Positions 48,696 through 64,000 of a DNA stretch of 64,000 bases are shown one piece after another. This DNA is from the human T2T-CHM13v2.0 reference genome, Homo sapiens, in the NCBI RefSeq assembly GCF_009914755.1, contig NC_060933.1; one strand, written 5' to 3'. Each line of letters begins with the position of its first letter. Positions within the stretch are counted from its first letter, which is position 1. The position numbers and the translations under genes are program-made. The notes beneath the pieces are model-generated. The model ran no database searches. It saw only the letters and a program-made list of their open reading frames with translations, and was not told the DNA's origin.

Positions 48696-49279
48696 ACCCC
48701 TTATTAGAAATAATTCATGAGGAACTGAAACTGTTAGGAAACCACTGTGTAAATGCTGGGAAACAAAGTCAGATAAATAATGCTGATAATTACCTGACTG
48801 CTTTTGGAACTGTCCTTTTTTGTGAACATGAGACTACATCATTGTCAGTTGATTGCAGAAGAACCACTATGATATTATAATGGGGTCCTGACTCCATGAC
48901 TGTGTAATTCATGGCTTTCTAACGGTTTATTATTGACCTAACTTTGCAGCTCCCCTAGATCCCCTAACTCCACCATCTTGGGTTGCAACCAATGACCTGT
49001 TATTGCAAAACAGGTAATCTCACTTAGATAAGTATTAATCAGAGGGGCTTGACTTCCAGAGTTCATTTCAATGGTTTTCAACTCATTTGTAGAGTTTAAC
49101 ATCAGTAGCCCTTTCTCTTCCATAGGAGGGAGATGAACCATCCTGTTTGTTCAATAATCAGTGAGAGCGTGGCTTTAACGTCTCTTCCACTCCTTTCTAG
49201 TTCAGGTCTTTCTTAACTTGATGGAGATAGCTTGGGCCAGGGAGGGCAGAGTGAAGATGAGATGGCAAAAAAAAAAAAG

Positions 49280-49505
49280 TTTTGATCAGCAGCATTGACT
49301 CTGTGCTAAATACTGTGCTCAGCTCTTTGGATGTTATTTCATTGAAATGGAAAGAACACTGTAAAGTTGTCTTGTGAGGCACACTTTCCTGTTGAGGAAA
49401 TAAAAGCATTAAATAACTTGCCCCCAAATACAAAGCTATTAGGATTGAAACAAAGACTTGAGCCCGGGATCTATCTAATTTCAAGGTCCTTGTTTTTTTT
49501 CTACT
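49280..49505 (-). mobile_element. MIR
   Basis: gaggaaataaaagcattaaataacttgccc. Confidence 0.55.
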
Positions 49506-50249
49506 ACATTTCTCTTTGAGATACAGTTACTCAAAGGTGTCCAAACTTCAGTTAATGTCAACCTCTGCCTCACTCTGGTCCTGGTGCCTTTCCCATGTTC
49601 CTGAGAAGATCATGTGGCACACTTCTCTAAACGTCTCTGTGCCATATCTCTTGGGATCAAAAGGCCATTCCAATAATTCTTCTGCATTTCTTAATGTATG
49701 CTCAGATGGCCCTGGTTTGCATTTAGAGAAAGGAAGCTAAGACCTTGGTGATAACTAAATATTTATATCTATTTTTTGATTATGTGCTTGTATTTAATTA
49801 AGTGGGTGCCTACTGTTGTGAAAATACTTTTGAATGCAATTCTGAAGTTGTGCCAGGGAACTCTGACAATGGGTATGCTGGGAGCTGTCTGATTTCCTTG
49901 TCCTAGACAACTCATACAATGCAGTAGAAAAAGAATTCTTTATTCCCACTGCCTTTCCTTAGCCCTTCTTCAGAGCAGGGGAAGTGTGACTGTAGCTTTA
50001 AATAGTTTAAATAGTCCTTCAAATACGGCAAATAAAACAGTATCAATGAAAAAGAAGATAAAATGAGTGGATTACTCATATGAGTTTCAGTTTTATCATT
50101 CAGTTTCACAGAACTCCAAAGAATAATGTGATTAAGTGGTTTCTTTTTGCAAGGATTTTCCAGGTGAAAGATCTGAGCTATATATTGAGGAACCATAGGA
50201 TTAAAATAGACATGGGTTTGCTTCTATGACAGCATTTTGCAAAATAACA

Positions 50250-50570
<321 letters not shown>

Positions 50571-50698
50571 ACCCACCTCTGATGTGACCCATGGATAGAA
50601 AACAACAAATTAAGTTTTAATGAGACTATATATGCTTGTACTTTAAAATGGGGCTAATTCATAGATATAGAAAACTATACTTATGACAGTTCATATAA

Positions 50699-51326
<628 letters not shown>

Positions 51327-51349
51327 TAGGAGAAGTATATTCTAATTAA

Positions 51350-51819
<470 letters not shown>

Positions 51820-52371
51820 TAAGCATGATTTAGGAAAATCTCATCCATTTTCAATATTTGGATCCAATGGATTAGGAGGTATTATAAACATTAGAAGAGT
51901 TTCAAAGACTGATTCTAAGGCATCCCTCCAGCAATAGCAAACTAGGGTACAGGTTCAGGGAGAAAGTATACAGCAGAAGAGGGAACACTTAGTAATAAAC
52001 AAGTGCTGATGTCCTGAACAGACTCAGACTAAATTTGAACTTCTCTATTATTTTAGCCTTGGAAATAGTAGGTTATAGATGATTTAGTTTCTCTCCATTA
52101 CACAGAACAGTACCTTGACGAATCAGCCAGGACTATAAGAAAATATTTGGACTTACATGATTGAGACAATTACTATGTAAGATGACACACTTGAAACTCA
52201 TATTTCTTGGCTTGCGAACACATGCATCATGTAAAGCATGATGTCTTAAGACCCTGATCTGAGTTTGAGAGGAGTGGGAGAGAAATATCAGGAAAAAGCA
52301 AACTAAATGTCAAGGCAAGGTTATTTTTAAAAGGACCAACCAGAGGACTACATTTGTGACCCACCAATTCA

Positions 52372-52472
52372 TTTTCTCCATCAGTTCATGGACCATTGTT
52401 GTTGCCTCTAATAAGAGGCATGTGTTTTCTCCATCAGTTCATGGAACCATTGTTGTTGACTCTAAAAAGAAG
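52372..52472. repeat. Tandem duplication, ~53-bp period, about 2 copies
   Basis: ttttctccatcagttcatgga(a)ccattgttgttg(c/a)ctctaa at 52372 and 52425. Confidence 0.9.
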
Positions 52473-52872
52473 AGAAAAGGTATTTCATTCTTTTTCTTAT
52501 ATTGTCTTAGAGAAGCAAGGCAGATTTGGTATTCTTGGCTTGTGTAACATGTATTTCTCTCTTACAGTGCTCAAGTATCTTCACAGGAAGGCCATTTAGA
52601 TGGTGGGTCTTTGAGTCATGGATCTCTCTTTAAAAATTCTACCAAGAAACACAGACACCAAATTTTGCATGCAATTTCAGGGACTTATGGACCCCAGCTT
52701 GACTTGTCAGCCTCACAGGAAAACTAGTGGTGGGATTTCATTTCCATTCTACCAAATGAATTTCAGTTGATTAAAAAATGACCAATTGTTACACTCCATA
52801 GATCAGAATCTAGCCTTTTATACATCTGTGAATATAATCTTTTGCAGAGATTATTAGCCCTGTTGAAACTAA

Positions 52873-53175
<303 letters not shown>

Positions 53176-53913
53176 CTGAAACCAATTTTAAAACACTGAA
53201 TCTCTATCAAGCCCTCACAATGTGCTTACCACGACTAAATGTATTTATATACATCATTTTAATTCTTAAAGTCTGCATAGATGAATGCACTAAAATACTC
53301 AAGAGTAAGTAACTTTTCTAGAGTCACACAGTTTTTGAGTCACAAACTTCAAAGCCAGTATCTAACCACCATCTACTCCTTTGCTTTCCCACCCTAGAAG
53401 GAAAACTTTACTCTCCACCTACTATGGTTACAAATTTTGTAAGATGTGTTTTCCCTGGTAGAAGAGGCTTCAAGTAACAATCTACACCTAATAATATCCA
53501 ACATTAATTTTGAAATTCTGACCATTGATCTTCATGAAGTTCAAAAGGAATTTACTTTTTCAGTTCTAAAATTAACACGACCAATTTAGTAATTCAGAAG
53601 ATTATTGTTGTCCATTGTACTAGCTTATGATCTCCTTGAAAGCTGAAACTATGAATGCCTCACTTATCCTGCTCACATGTGGCACGCCTAGGCCTTAGGA
53701 AGATGCCCAGTGTCAAATACAGGAATGTGTTTGCTCCTCTCAGTTCTCAATGGCTTCCCAGAAGATACCATAGCTTCCCACAGATGTAAACCAGGAGAAT
53801 CCTCTTGTAACAGCTTTAACAGGCCTGTTTCATTTTATTTCTACTGAGTAGCATACATCTAGCTCATTTTAAAATCCAGCTCTTGATCTTTAGTTTTAAA
53901 AATATGTACCACT

Positions 53914-54604
<691 letters not shown>

Positions 54605-54731
54605 TTATGTTCAAACCAATGTGGGGGCTTCCGTATAAGGGGCTACACATCATTGGGCAGATTTGATTAGCTGTGACAATTGTTTAGAGTCCTTAAAGAA
54701 GGCTTTAAGCACAGTCTAGGAGTGTACTATG

Positions 54732-55117
54732 TGATACGGTTTGGATATTTGTCGCCACCCAAATCTTATGTTGAATTATAATCCCCAGTGCTAGAGGTGG
54801 GCCTGGTGGGAGGTGAATTGATCATGGGGGCGATTTCTTATGGCTTAACACCACATACTCTTGCTGTTGTCATTGTGATAATGAGTTCTTGTGAGATCTG
54901 GTCATTTATAAGTGTGTGGCACCTCAACCTTCTCTCTCTTCCTCCTGCTCCCTCTTTGCCTTCCACCATGAGTAAAAGCTCCCTGAGGCCTCCCCAGAAG
55001 CAGATGCTGCCATGCTTCCTGTAGTCTGTGGAACTGTGAGCCAATTAAACCTCTTTTCTTTATAAATTACTCAATCTCAGGTATTTCTTTACAGCAACAC
55101 AAGAATGGCATAATACA
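54732..55117 (+). mobile_element. MSTA/MSTB solo LTR
   Basis: tgatacggtttgg..gagccaattaaacctcttttc..taataca; TSD cta(t/c)g. Confidence 0.9.
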
Positions 55118-55124
55118 CTACGTA

Positions 55125-55611
<487 letters not shown>

Positions 55612-55671
55612 TTAAAGCACGGCTGTTGGCCCAAGAACCATTGGTAGACAGCATTCTAAAGAATTAATTAA

Positions 55672-55974
<303 letters not shown>

Positions 55975-58287
55975 TGAAGTAATTAAGCATTTTCTATTTT
56001 TGGTAAATTATTGATTTTATAGAATATTTAATGATTTTCAATACTTTAGGTTCTCAGTTTATCAGTTTGTAGATTAAATAAGTAATTTTCTTAGATTCCC
56101 TTCTGATTCCTAAAATTTAATAGGGATCTTTGAAAAATAACCTCCCCAGTCCAGAAAAATTGTCAAAAACTCCTCTAGTTTGGACAAAATGTAGAGTTTG
56201 AGATGTCTTAGTCAGTATTTAGTCAGATATGAGAGCAATCATGATGTTTCTGGCCTAGAGAGTGGGAAGACTTTCCGACCACTCTGCATATGTTCATAGG
56301 GAGACTGTATTTTGTGGTTGTTTTATAAAACAAACCACATATATACTTGGATCGCTTCAAAGCCAAATAGAAATGACTATGTATTATCAACTCCTTAGAG
56401 AATTTAAAATAGCAATTATTAAAAAGCACAAATAAAATAAACTGCTGGATTGGAGTGCTATTCCTTTCACATGCTTTCAGTGTTTCCTAGGAGCAAATTC
56501 ACATCATTTCTAGGTTTTGTTAAACACATTTTAATTTTATTAAACCTAAACCAGATCTTGTTTAATTTTATTAGGTTGTTCTTGGCAGGTGTTATATAAA
56601 ATGAAGTAAATTGTATTTAAGAACCACAGAGTAAAAAATAAAATCATGACCTTAAAATGGAAAATTTTGGGTTTATACTATTCTTTTAAATCCATCAACC
56701 TGAAAAGTTTCACCAAAATAGGAGAATTAGTCACCATGGAAGATAGATCCCTGTAAGGAGATCAAATAAAGGTAAACCTATTCTGTTAATCTTCTCTCCT
56801 TTTACTTCACACCTTCACACCCTGAATCTTCACTAATGTAATCCTCTTAGTATTTTTTACTAGTTTTTCTTTTTTTCACTTAGTATTTTTTACCAGTGTA
56901 ATCTTCTTCTTTGTATTGAGTCACATAATGGTTACATCTGTTTTTCCCTGAATGGACACCAGTTATAAGTGGGATGCTTGCTGTTACCATGGGTCCCAAC
57001 TTATCAAGTAAAAACTGCTATCCTTTAATCCACTTTAAAAGCCTATCTTTCATTCAAAGACTCAAATAAAAGTGCCTATCACTCGAATGCTAAAGGACCA
57101 TGCCTGAATATGAATGCATCACATTTTGATGGCTATAGATTGCACCCACTTCTAATAGGTATCATCACTTTATTTATCAGACTTCTGAAGTCTCATGTTA
57201 TTTTTGTCATCTGATATAATCTAGCCACTGATAAAACTGGTTATGCTACCCCAGATATGCAAAGCAATCTAATTTTCATGCCAACCAAATAAGCCACAGT
57301 ATAACTAAAAACAACTTGTTTACGCATAGACAATTTTTGCAGGCATTTTAAAATATAACACAGATGCTAAAGGCTAATGGCTCGGATGGCAGATTATTCT
57401 TATTTAAATATTACAATTTTTGACTGTAGAGTTACTTTTACAATATTAGTGTAAAACTTAACATTAGAAGCCAAATAATTTTAGTATGTGGATATTATTT
57501 ATAAGACCTACTATGGGATAAATCTAGGGTAGGGGTTCCTCAGGAAACATGACCCTACTAAGGAAGAACTTTTCTCATTAGGGTGGACATGAAACCACAA
57601 CACCAAGATGTGTAAGAGTTTTCTTTAGAGAAATGCTTGAGGTTCTATAATAGTAGACAAATACCACACAACAGAAAATCTAAATCGTATTTGTCAACTG
57701 GTATTGTAGTTGCATGTATGAATACATTTTTAGTGATGGGAAGGGACAAGAGGGCAGAAGCATATTACATAGCAAGGACCAGCCAACATTTTTAATTTAT
57801 CCTGGATTATATTCACAAGATCAGTCTGAAAAATTTACCCAGACACAAGTATTTAAGATGAGGTCATTAGGCTAATTTATTTGTATTTTTTTTCCTGGCT
57901 GATGCCTGAGCTCTACAAGGTAAGTGCTTAATGTTATTTTGTTAATAGTTCTTGCACTTATCTAAAATTTAAGAATGTGTAACAAGGATTTCCTGTTAAC
58001 TTCTGAGTTGACTGAAAAATTACCCCAATTCCTGAGCAGCTTTGGTTACATTATCAATATATACAGGCTGAGGTCCTGTGGTGTCAATAAAAATCATCAT
58101 AAAAAATGTATTCAACACAGATTAGCCAACTAGAAAATAATCTGTAACTTCTTTCATCTTGCTCTTAACTACTTAAGTATCCTTAGCAACATCCCTACCC
58201 ATAATAAAAGGAAAGTGGCACTTAGCAGTTGCAGACAAAATGGAGTCTTACATTTATGGCACAAAACAAAACAAAAAAAGTCTTACA

Positions 58288-58293
58288 TTTATT
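58288..58293 (-). terminator. Distal poly(A) signal AATAAA, cleavage ~58270
   Basis: Minus strand AATAAA followed by tttttttgttttgttttgtg GU/U-rich element. Confidence 0.65.
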
Positions 58294-58861
58294 AACTTTA
58301 CTTCTATGGCTGTAACAGAAATACTCTGGAAGAAAACACAGAAACAGTCTTTGCTTTTATATAAATTTAAAACCAGCACTTGTGCATAGAAATAGCTATA
58401 AAATATTAAATGGCACTTTTGTATTCTGTTGTACTTTACTTTTTTTTTTTTTTTTACATTTGCTACACGGTATTTATTCAATGACTGTATATTTAGTCAC
58501 CACCTCAACCACTGCTAAGCTCTCTTCATGTCTATCTGTACCAGTTTCCCATCTTAGACTGTGATGTCAACTGGCAAGGGCTGGCTGTTGGCCGATTCAC
58601 CATGACTGACATGGTGCATGTTCACTTGTTTTTAAAGCAGATTGTACAAACAGGAGAAACAAACAGGGGAAACTGTATTTCCAGTTTCTTTTTGTTAACA
58701 GCCTGTTGCCTCACCCATGCAAACTCTTCTAGCTAGTTTAAGGCTACATAATCTTATTGCTAATCAACCAGCAACCATACCTATCACTCTCCAAAATTAT
58801 AAGTTAATACTTATGGACAAAAACCACTATTGAGAACTTTGCATTCAAACAGACAAGAGTC

Positions 58862-59180
58862 GGCCAGGCGCAGTGGCTCACACCTGTAATCCCAGCATTT
58901 TGGGAGGCCGGGGTGGGCGGATCATGAGGTCAGGAGATCGAGACCACCCTGGCTAACACGGTGAAACCCTCTCTCTACTAAAAATACAAAAAAACCCAAA
59001 AAACAAAAAACATTAGCCAGGTGTGGTGACGGGTGCCTGTAGTCCCAACTACTCCGGAGGCTGAGCCAGGAGAATGGCGTGAACCCGGGAGGCGGAACTT
59101 GCAGTGAGCTGAGACCATGCCATTTTACTCCAGCCTGGGCGACGGAGCCTCTGTCTCAAACAAACAAAACAAAACAAAAA
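58862..59180 (+). mobile_element. AluY in the extended ZFAND5 3' UTR (antisense to the mRNA)
   Basis: gagaatggcgtgaacccgggagg; TSD aaacagacaagagtc. Confidence 0.95.
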
Positions 59181-59619
59181 CAGACAAGAGTCAAATCAAG
59201 TCTTTGTACATATTCAAATATTTACATGTGGAAAAGATTAAATAACCTTTCTAAATTATGAGTTACCTAAAATGTATGTGTGCCTTTGAAATGGAGGATA
59301 TGGGACAGCTTGAGAGGCTTTGCTTCTCAGTGTGTATTGATAAATCCATGTGAATGTTATTACCAACCCCCAAAATACAATAATAGTATGCTTAACATCT
59401 TGCTATTATTAGATTATTTCCCCAATTTTAGTTATTTCCTAGCAACTTTATTTAATGCAGATCTCTTGCAAAGAAAGCCTTACGGAAAAGAATGATTCTA
59501 ATGACTTTAAACTGCAAGTTTAAATAACAGATCTTTATCTTTTCACTATACAACTTGATGTAACCAATCCTGTTCTCAAAGTTTTCTTCCCAAGTTATGG
59601 AAACCATTATTCCAGAACA

Positions 59620-59795
59620 TTAAGACAATAGCAAATACAATGTGCCAGGCACAGTTTTAAGTGTTGTCACCTTCACACTCCTGAAGGTGGTTGCTGTCTT
59701 CATTTAAGAGATGAAGCAGTCCAAAGTGGACCTAAAATAACTTGCCCAAAATCACGGGCTGGTTCCAGGGTCCCTCATCTTAATCACTATGCCAT
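59620..59795 (-). mobile_element. MIR
   Basis: tgtgccaggcacagttttaag..aataacttgcccaa. Confidence 0.65.
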
Positions 59796-60242
59796 AATGC
59801 TCAGAAACAGCTTTCCCTCACAAACTAATTTTCCCCACGTTGTGGGAAGCCTACCTAGGATCAAACCTGAGGCTCTAGTTTTACAGATCAGGCACACTGA
59901 AGATGAGGTTTTCAAAAAGGACTCACCCATTTATACTGCGAATTCATGTGGTCACAGCCTAACAAAACTTCAGGTCATGGGGGTGTAAATATTTGTCTGC
60001 TTATGTAAGGGAAACATGGTATATTATTAAATTGCTTAATATCTGTACATTTCAAAGGACTTCATGGCCTTGCATTCAGGTTTGAATGCAAGAATTTGGG
60101 TAGAACTGAGTCCTCTCAGGTGCCTTACACACTGATTCCCTTTCTCCCCAGTCAATGGACAACCCTGACAAATCTTTGTTCTGATCTGGTTTAATGTTTC
60201 TTGTAAAACAAACAAACAAAAAAAAAACAAAAAAAACTGATT

Positions 60243-60515
<273 letters not shown>

Positions 60516-61328
60516 CTATCTCTTGCTACTACTCAGACCTTCAGAGTGATGGAGTCCGAGGGCTCATCTTACCTTCTCTATACCACTCTTACTTCATTTT
60601 TAACTTGAAAAATTAAGTTGCCCTTCTAAATCTTCAACTTCTAAATTTTCAACTCAATTGTGACTTTTCATATTCAGAGAAATACTACCCTATGTCAGTA
60701 TAGGAACTTTGACATACATATGTACCTCCCTAACTTGAAGCAAAAGTAGCAGCATGCAAAGAACTGACAGATAAAACTAGTGTATTTCCACCCCAAACTC
60801 CATCACAGAGAAGCAACAGTTGCACTCTGGTAATCATTTACCCCAGGTAAAGTCAACATGTACCTGTCACCCCTTGTTCTTTATGATCTGGCATAAACGC
60901 TACAGAGACCAAGTCCATGGGTGAATCTCTGTATTAGAGCCAAACCCAAAACAGAAATAAAACAGAACTCTTTTTGTAAACTAAGTCATACCTACTTTCT
61001 TCTTCAGAATTGTCATAAAACATCATCTTTTACAACATGGAGAAGCGAGGTAGGCCATAATTGTTCAAATTTCATCTTTCTCAAATTTTAAAATTGTTTT
61101 AATCCCAAAGGTGCCTATTGAATTCTTCAAAAATAAACTGCCTATCAGGTATCATACCTGCAAATGCTTCTAATATCTCTTGATTATCACTTGAACAAGT
61201 TCAGCGATGGCAAAGGAAAAAAAATTATATAGCCATGTAAAGTAACATTTTCTAATTTTCCCCCTTTAGGACTCCAACTATGGCTTAAAAACCCAATGAA
61301 CAAGTGAAGTTTCCCTCTGTACATGGCT

Positions 61329-61334
61329 TTTATT
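61329..61334 (-). terminator. Proximal poly(A) signal AATAAA, cleavage ~61311
   Basis: Minus strand GTAAATAATAAAAGCCATGTACAGAGGGAA then a U/GU-rich element (cttgttcattgggttttt); UGUA motif upstream. Confidence 0.8.
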
Positions 61335-62804
61335 ATTTACATAATACAATATAGCATCAATGCTGAATAGCATGATTATGTGCAATACATAAATATGAAC
61401 TATCTGTACACATCTGCAGGTCTAACTCAGAACTAAGGTACATAAAATTGAAAGCAAAACTGAATGCTTTAAGAATAAAAGTAAAAACTAGGACTGAACA
61501 TTGCAATAAATCAGAAGTAGTGCCTCGTGTACATACTTAACTATTTACAGATGAAAACAGGCATTACCACAACACTAACTATACTCATTTATATATAAAA
61601 AACACAAGTTTCATACATCACAAAAAACCTTCCATTATAACACAGAAGTGATTATTACCAGACAAGCATCAGTGAAGTATACTGCCTTTTCTAGTTGTTA
61701 TTGTACAATGCTGTAGATAATGCAGCCCATGCAATACACCCAAGAACACTAGAGTCCTACACCCAAGTACAATATGATAAAGCAGCCCTCTGCAAGTGGC
61801 GCTGGATACCACTAAGAAGTCTACTGCAGCCATGTTGGTTATGATTTTCCATGCAGAAGGGTACAGTTACATTAAGAACTGAAGTCTTTTAAAAAGCTTT
61901 AAACATTCTTTCTTGAACCAAAACATTCGACAAAAGATGCACATGAAAAATTATTCAGATACCTTTGCAACTTAAAATTCAGATGCATGTTATTCAATAG
62001 AGCTGCTGTATGTGAAAACCAAACGTAGAGTTTAAATTTCTTCTTGTAAACAAATTAATCCTAGTGCAGTTCTGTGCTACACATTTTTAGCAATGAGTAA
62101 TGCAGACATCTTCTGGTGCAGGCCAGTACAATAAGCTTCAAAGGTTATCTCAAGACCCTGTTGTTGGCTTGATGGTTTTACTTATAACCAGTTTCGATGT
62201 TTACCTTTCACAGAATGTCTTATTTGACAGCTTTAGATGACCAATTTAACCAGGCTTATATATGGCGCCAAATACTGGTTTCACGGGAAAGAAGGTCTGA
62301 TCCTCTTTATGAGCATTTCTTCCTGCTTCCAAAGAATATGTTGTGAAATTAAAGAGGGTGAAGTTTAACTATGGTAGAAGTAGACTGCCAGTCCTTTTCT
62401 GGTGTACCATTTTAAAAAAATACAGGCACATAACACTAGCCAAAGATTATACCTTGATTACATTCCCAAAAGGCAGATATGCTGCAAACATGCAGAGATT
62501 TCATTTATTTTGTTTGGCACATGGGAACTACATTTTGTTCCTATTATCTGTGTGTTTCACTTTGCTGTGCAGATTTTCATCCAATTTTTTTCAGGGGAGG
62601 GCATATACATTTGTAGGGCTGTATCTATCCAATTCTGCCTGTAACAAACACCCAAACATCCTAAAATATCAATTATAAGACAGACAAGTGTAATGTAAAA
62701 CTCTGGAGAACATCAAAGAAAAATGGCCATGCATCTGCTCTTTAATGTTTTCCTACGATATATTAAAATAAAAACAAAGTTTCAGTCTCTTCACAAGAAG
62801 TAAT

Positions 62805-62953
62805 TTATATTCTCTGAATTTTTTCAGCCACAACAACTGGATTCTCTTTTCTGATTTTTGCTGCAGCTTCTGCTTTGTAATCATACGGACAGTTGTGCTT
62901 GTCAGAGTAACGGTGAAGTCCACAAAACAAATTTCCACATCGGCAGTCAAACC
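62805..62953 (-). CDS. ZFAND5: ZFAND5 last coding exon (rest of AN1 zinc finger to stop)
   Basis: Acceptor cttcttcgtttgtacag|GG; reads (G)[51 protein letters not shown] at 62805-62807; in frame with the upstream exon across an 828-nt GT-AG intron. Confidence 0.97.
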
Positions 62954-63781
62954 CTGTACAAACGAAGAAGTAGAGTCATTTGAGAACTTGAGGCAATTAA
63001 AAGAAAAAAAAGCCTTAGTCACTATAGAAAAGGAACCAGATTTTCATTGCTTTGTAACATAAAAGACAGTGAACTCTTTTCTTCCACTTCCTGGTGATAA
63101 GACACAGTCAACTCTTACAGAGTCTATCACGTTAACCTGGAAAAGGAACTTTTAACTTCCTTTGACATGGTGAGAAATTCAAATAACTATGTTCAGTCTT
63201 TCCTTGCAAGGGCAATAGCGAAGTGTTTGGTAAGCCAAACCACGTGGAGAAAACAAAATGGGCTATCTGCCAGCTAATTTCTACCAGATGCTCTCCCTCT
63301 ATCGACTCCTGTAGATGCAACGCAGGATAAAATTTACACAGGCTCTGGAGTTAGGCTAAGCTGGATTCAAAACACAGTCCTACCATATCTTAAGTAATGC
63401 TTCCTCAAGTGAAAACAACCATCAAGGTCTGAGATTTGAAGGAGACAAGAAAAAAAGCACCAAGAACATTCCCTGCATAGCTCAAAGTAGGTGGCGCTTA
63501 CTGTTAGTTCAGTAACATTTTCCCTAGGTATACAAAAACTTTTTATCAATCTAATAAAATAAGAGGGCCTGAGTTAATAGTTTTATATGATTAGGAGACA
63601 AATGGAAGTAAAACCCAACTTCTTTCCACCCCAATACCACCTCCTCCACCTTTCCTAGACTACAGCTAGTCAGGCTTTTTTTTTTTTTTATGTGTAAGAC
63701 CAACTAGTCTCTTAGGGAGTGACCAAAAGCTCCTTGTTAACTGCAGAAGTAAAACATACATTGTCTTGTGTTTTGTAATAC

Positions 63782-63907
63782 CTGTAAGACCAACTTTCTT
63801 TCTGCACATGAAACATCTGTTTTTCTTTGGTTTGGGCAATTCAGGAGCTTTTTCTTCACTCTGAGAAGTACTGGGCTGAGAAACTGATGGACTGGGCTGA
63901 GTGACAA
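63782..63907 (-). CDS. ZFAND5: ZFAND5 penultimate coding exon (linker and first half of AN1 zinc finger)
   Basis: Translates [41 protein letters not shown](G); acceptor ttgtccttttcag|TTGTC and donor ACAG|gtatt on minus strand; 126 nt, phase 1-1. Confidence 0.97.
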
Positions 63908-64000
63908 CTGAAAAGGACAAAAACACAAATTTGTCAAGCATTCACTGGCTAACATTTTTAAGTCAAAAAAGGAAGTATTTAAGAGAAACAGGAAGATGCC

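Noticed and set aside
62343-63022. ORFs overlapping the ZFAND5 last exon and UTR
   Set aside because: Antisense or alternative-frame chance ORFs without coding features
63666-63941. 91-aa ORF as a standalone gene
   Set aside because: It is the ZFAND5 exon plus intronic read-through on both sides

Overview
Primate (human-like) genomic DNA, AT-rich and dominated by interspersed repeats: about 48 Alu copies or fragments, many MIR/L2/L1 remnants, MaLR and ERV1 solo LTRs, and Tigger/hAT DNA-transposon fossils. The only protein-coding sequence is the 3' end of ZFAND5 (ZNF216) on the minus strand: two coding exons encoding the AN1 zinc finger (63782-63907 and 62805-62953), followed by a 3' UTR with a proximal (~61311) and a distal (~58270) poly(A) site. 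The other listed ORFs I examined are best explained as Alu/LTR/microsatellite or chance ORFs. Best observations: (1) a ~350-bp iterative templated inversion/duplication scar at 14.4-14.8 kb that copies a neighbouring Alu and MIR in inverted orientation, with smaller scars of the same kind elsewhere; (2) a tailless 5S rRNA retropseudogene with a TSD inside an MLT1B LTR; (3) a candidate LTR-driven + strand lncRNA (~12.3-50.06 kb) converging on ZFAND5; (4) isoform-specific miRNA/Pumilio sites in the ZFAND5 UTR. I see no convincing evidence for a wholly new biological system. Repeat subfamily names come from remembered consensus sequences, and repeat boundaries are approximate unless a TSD is quoted.
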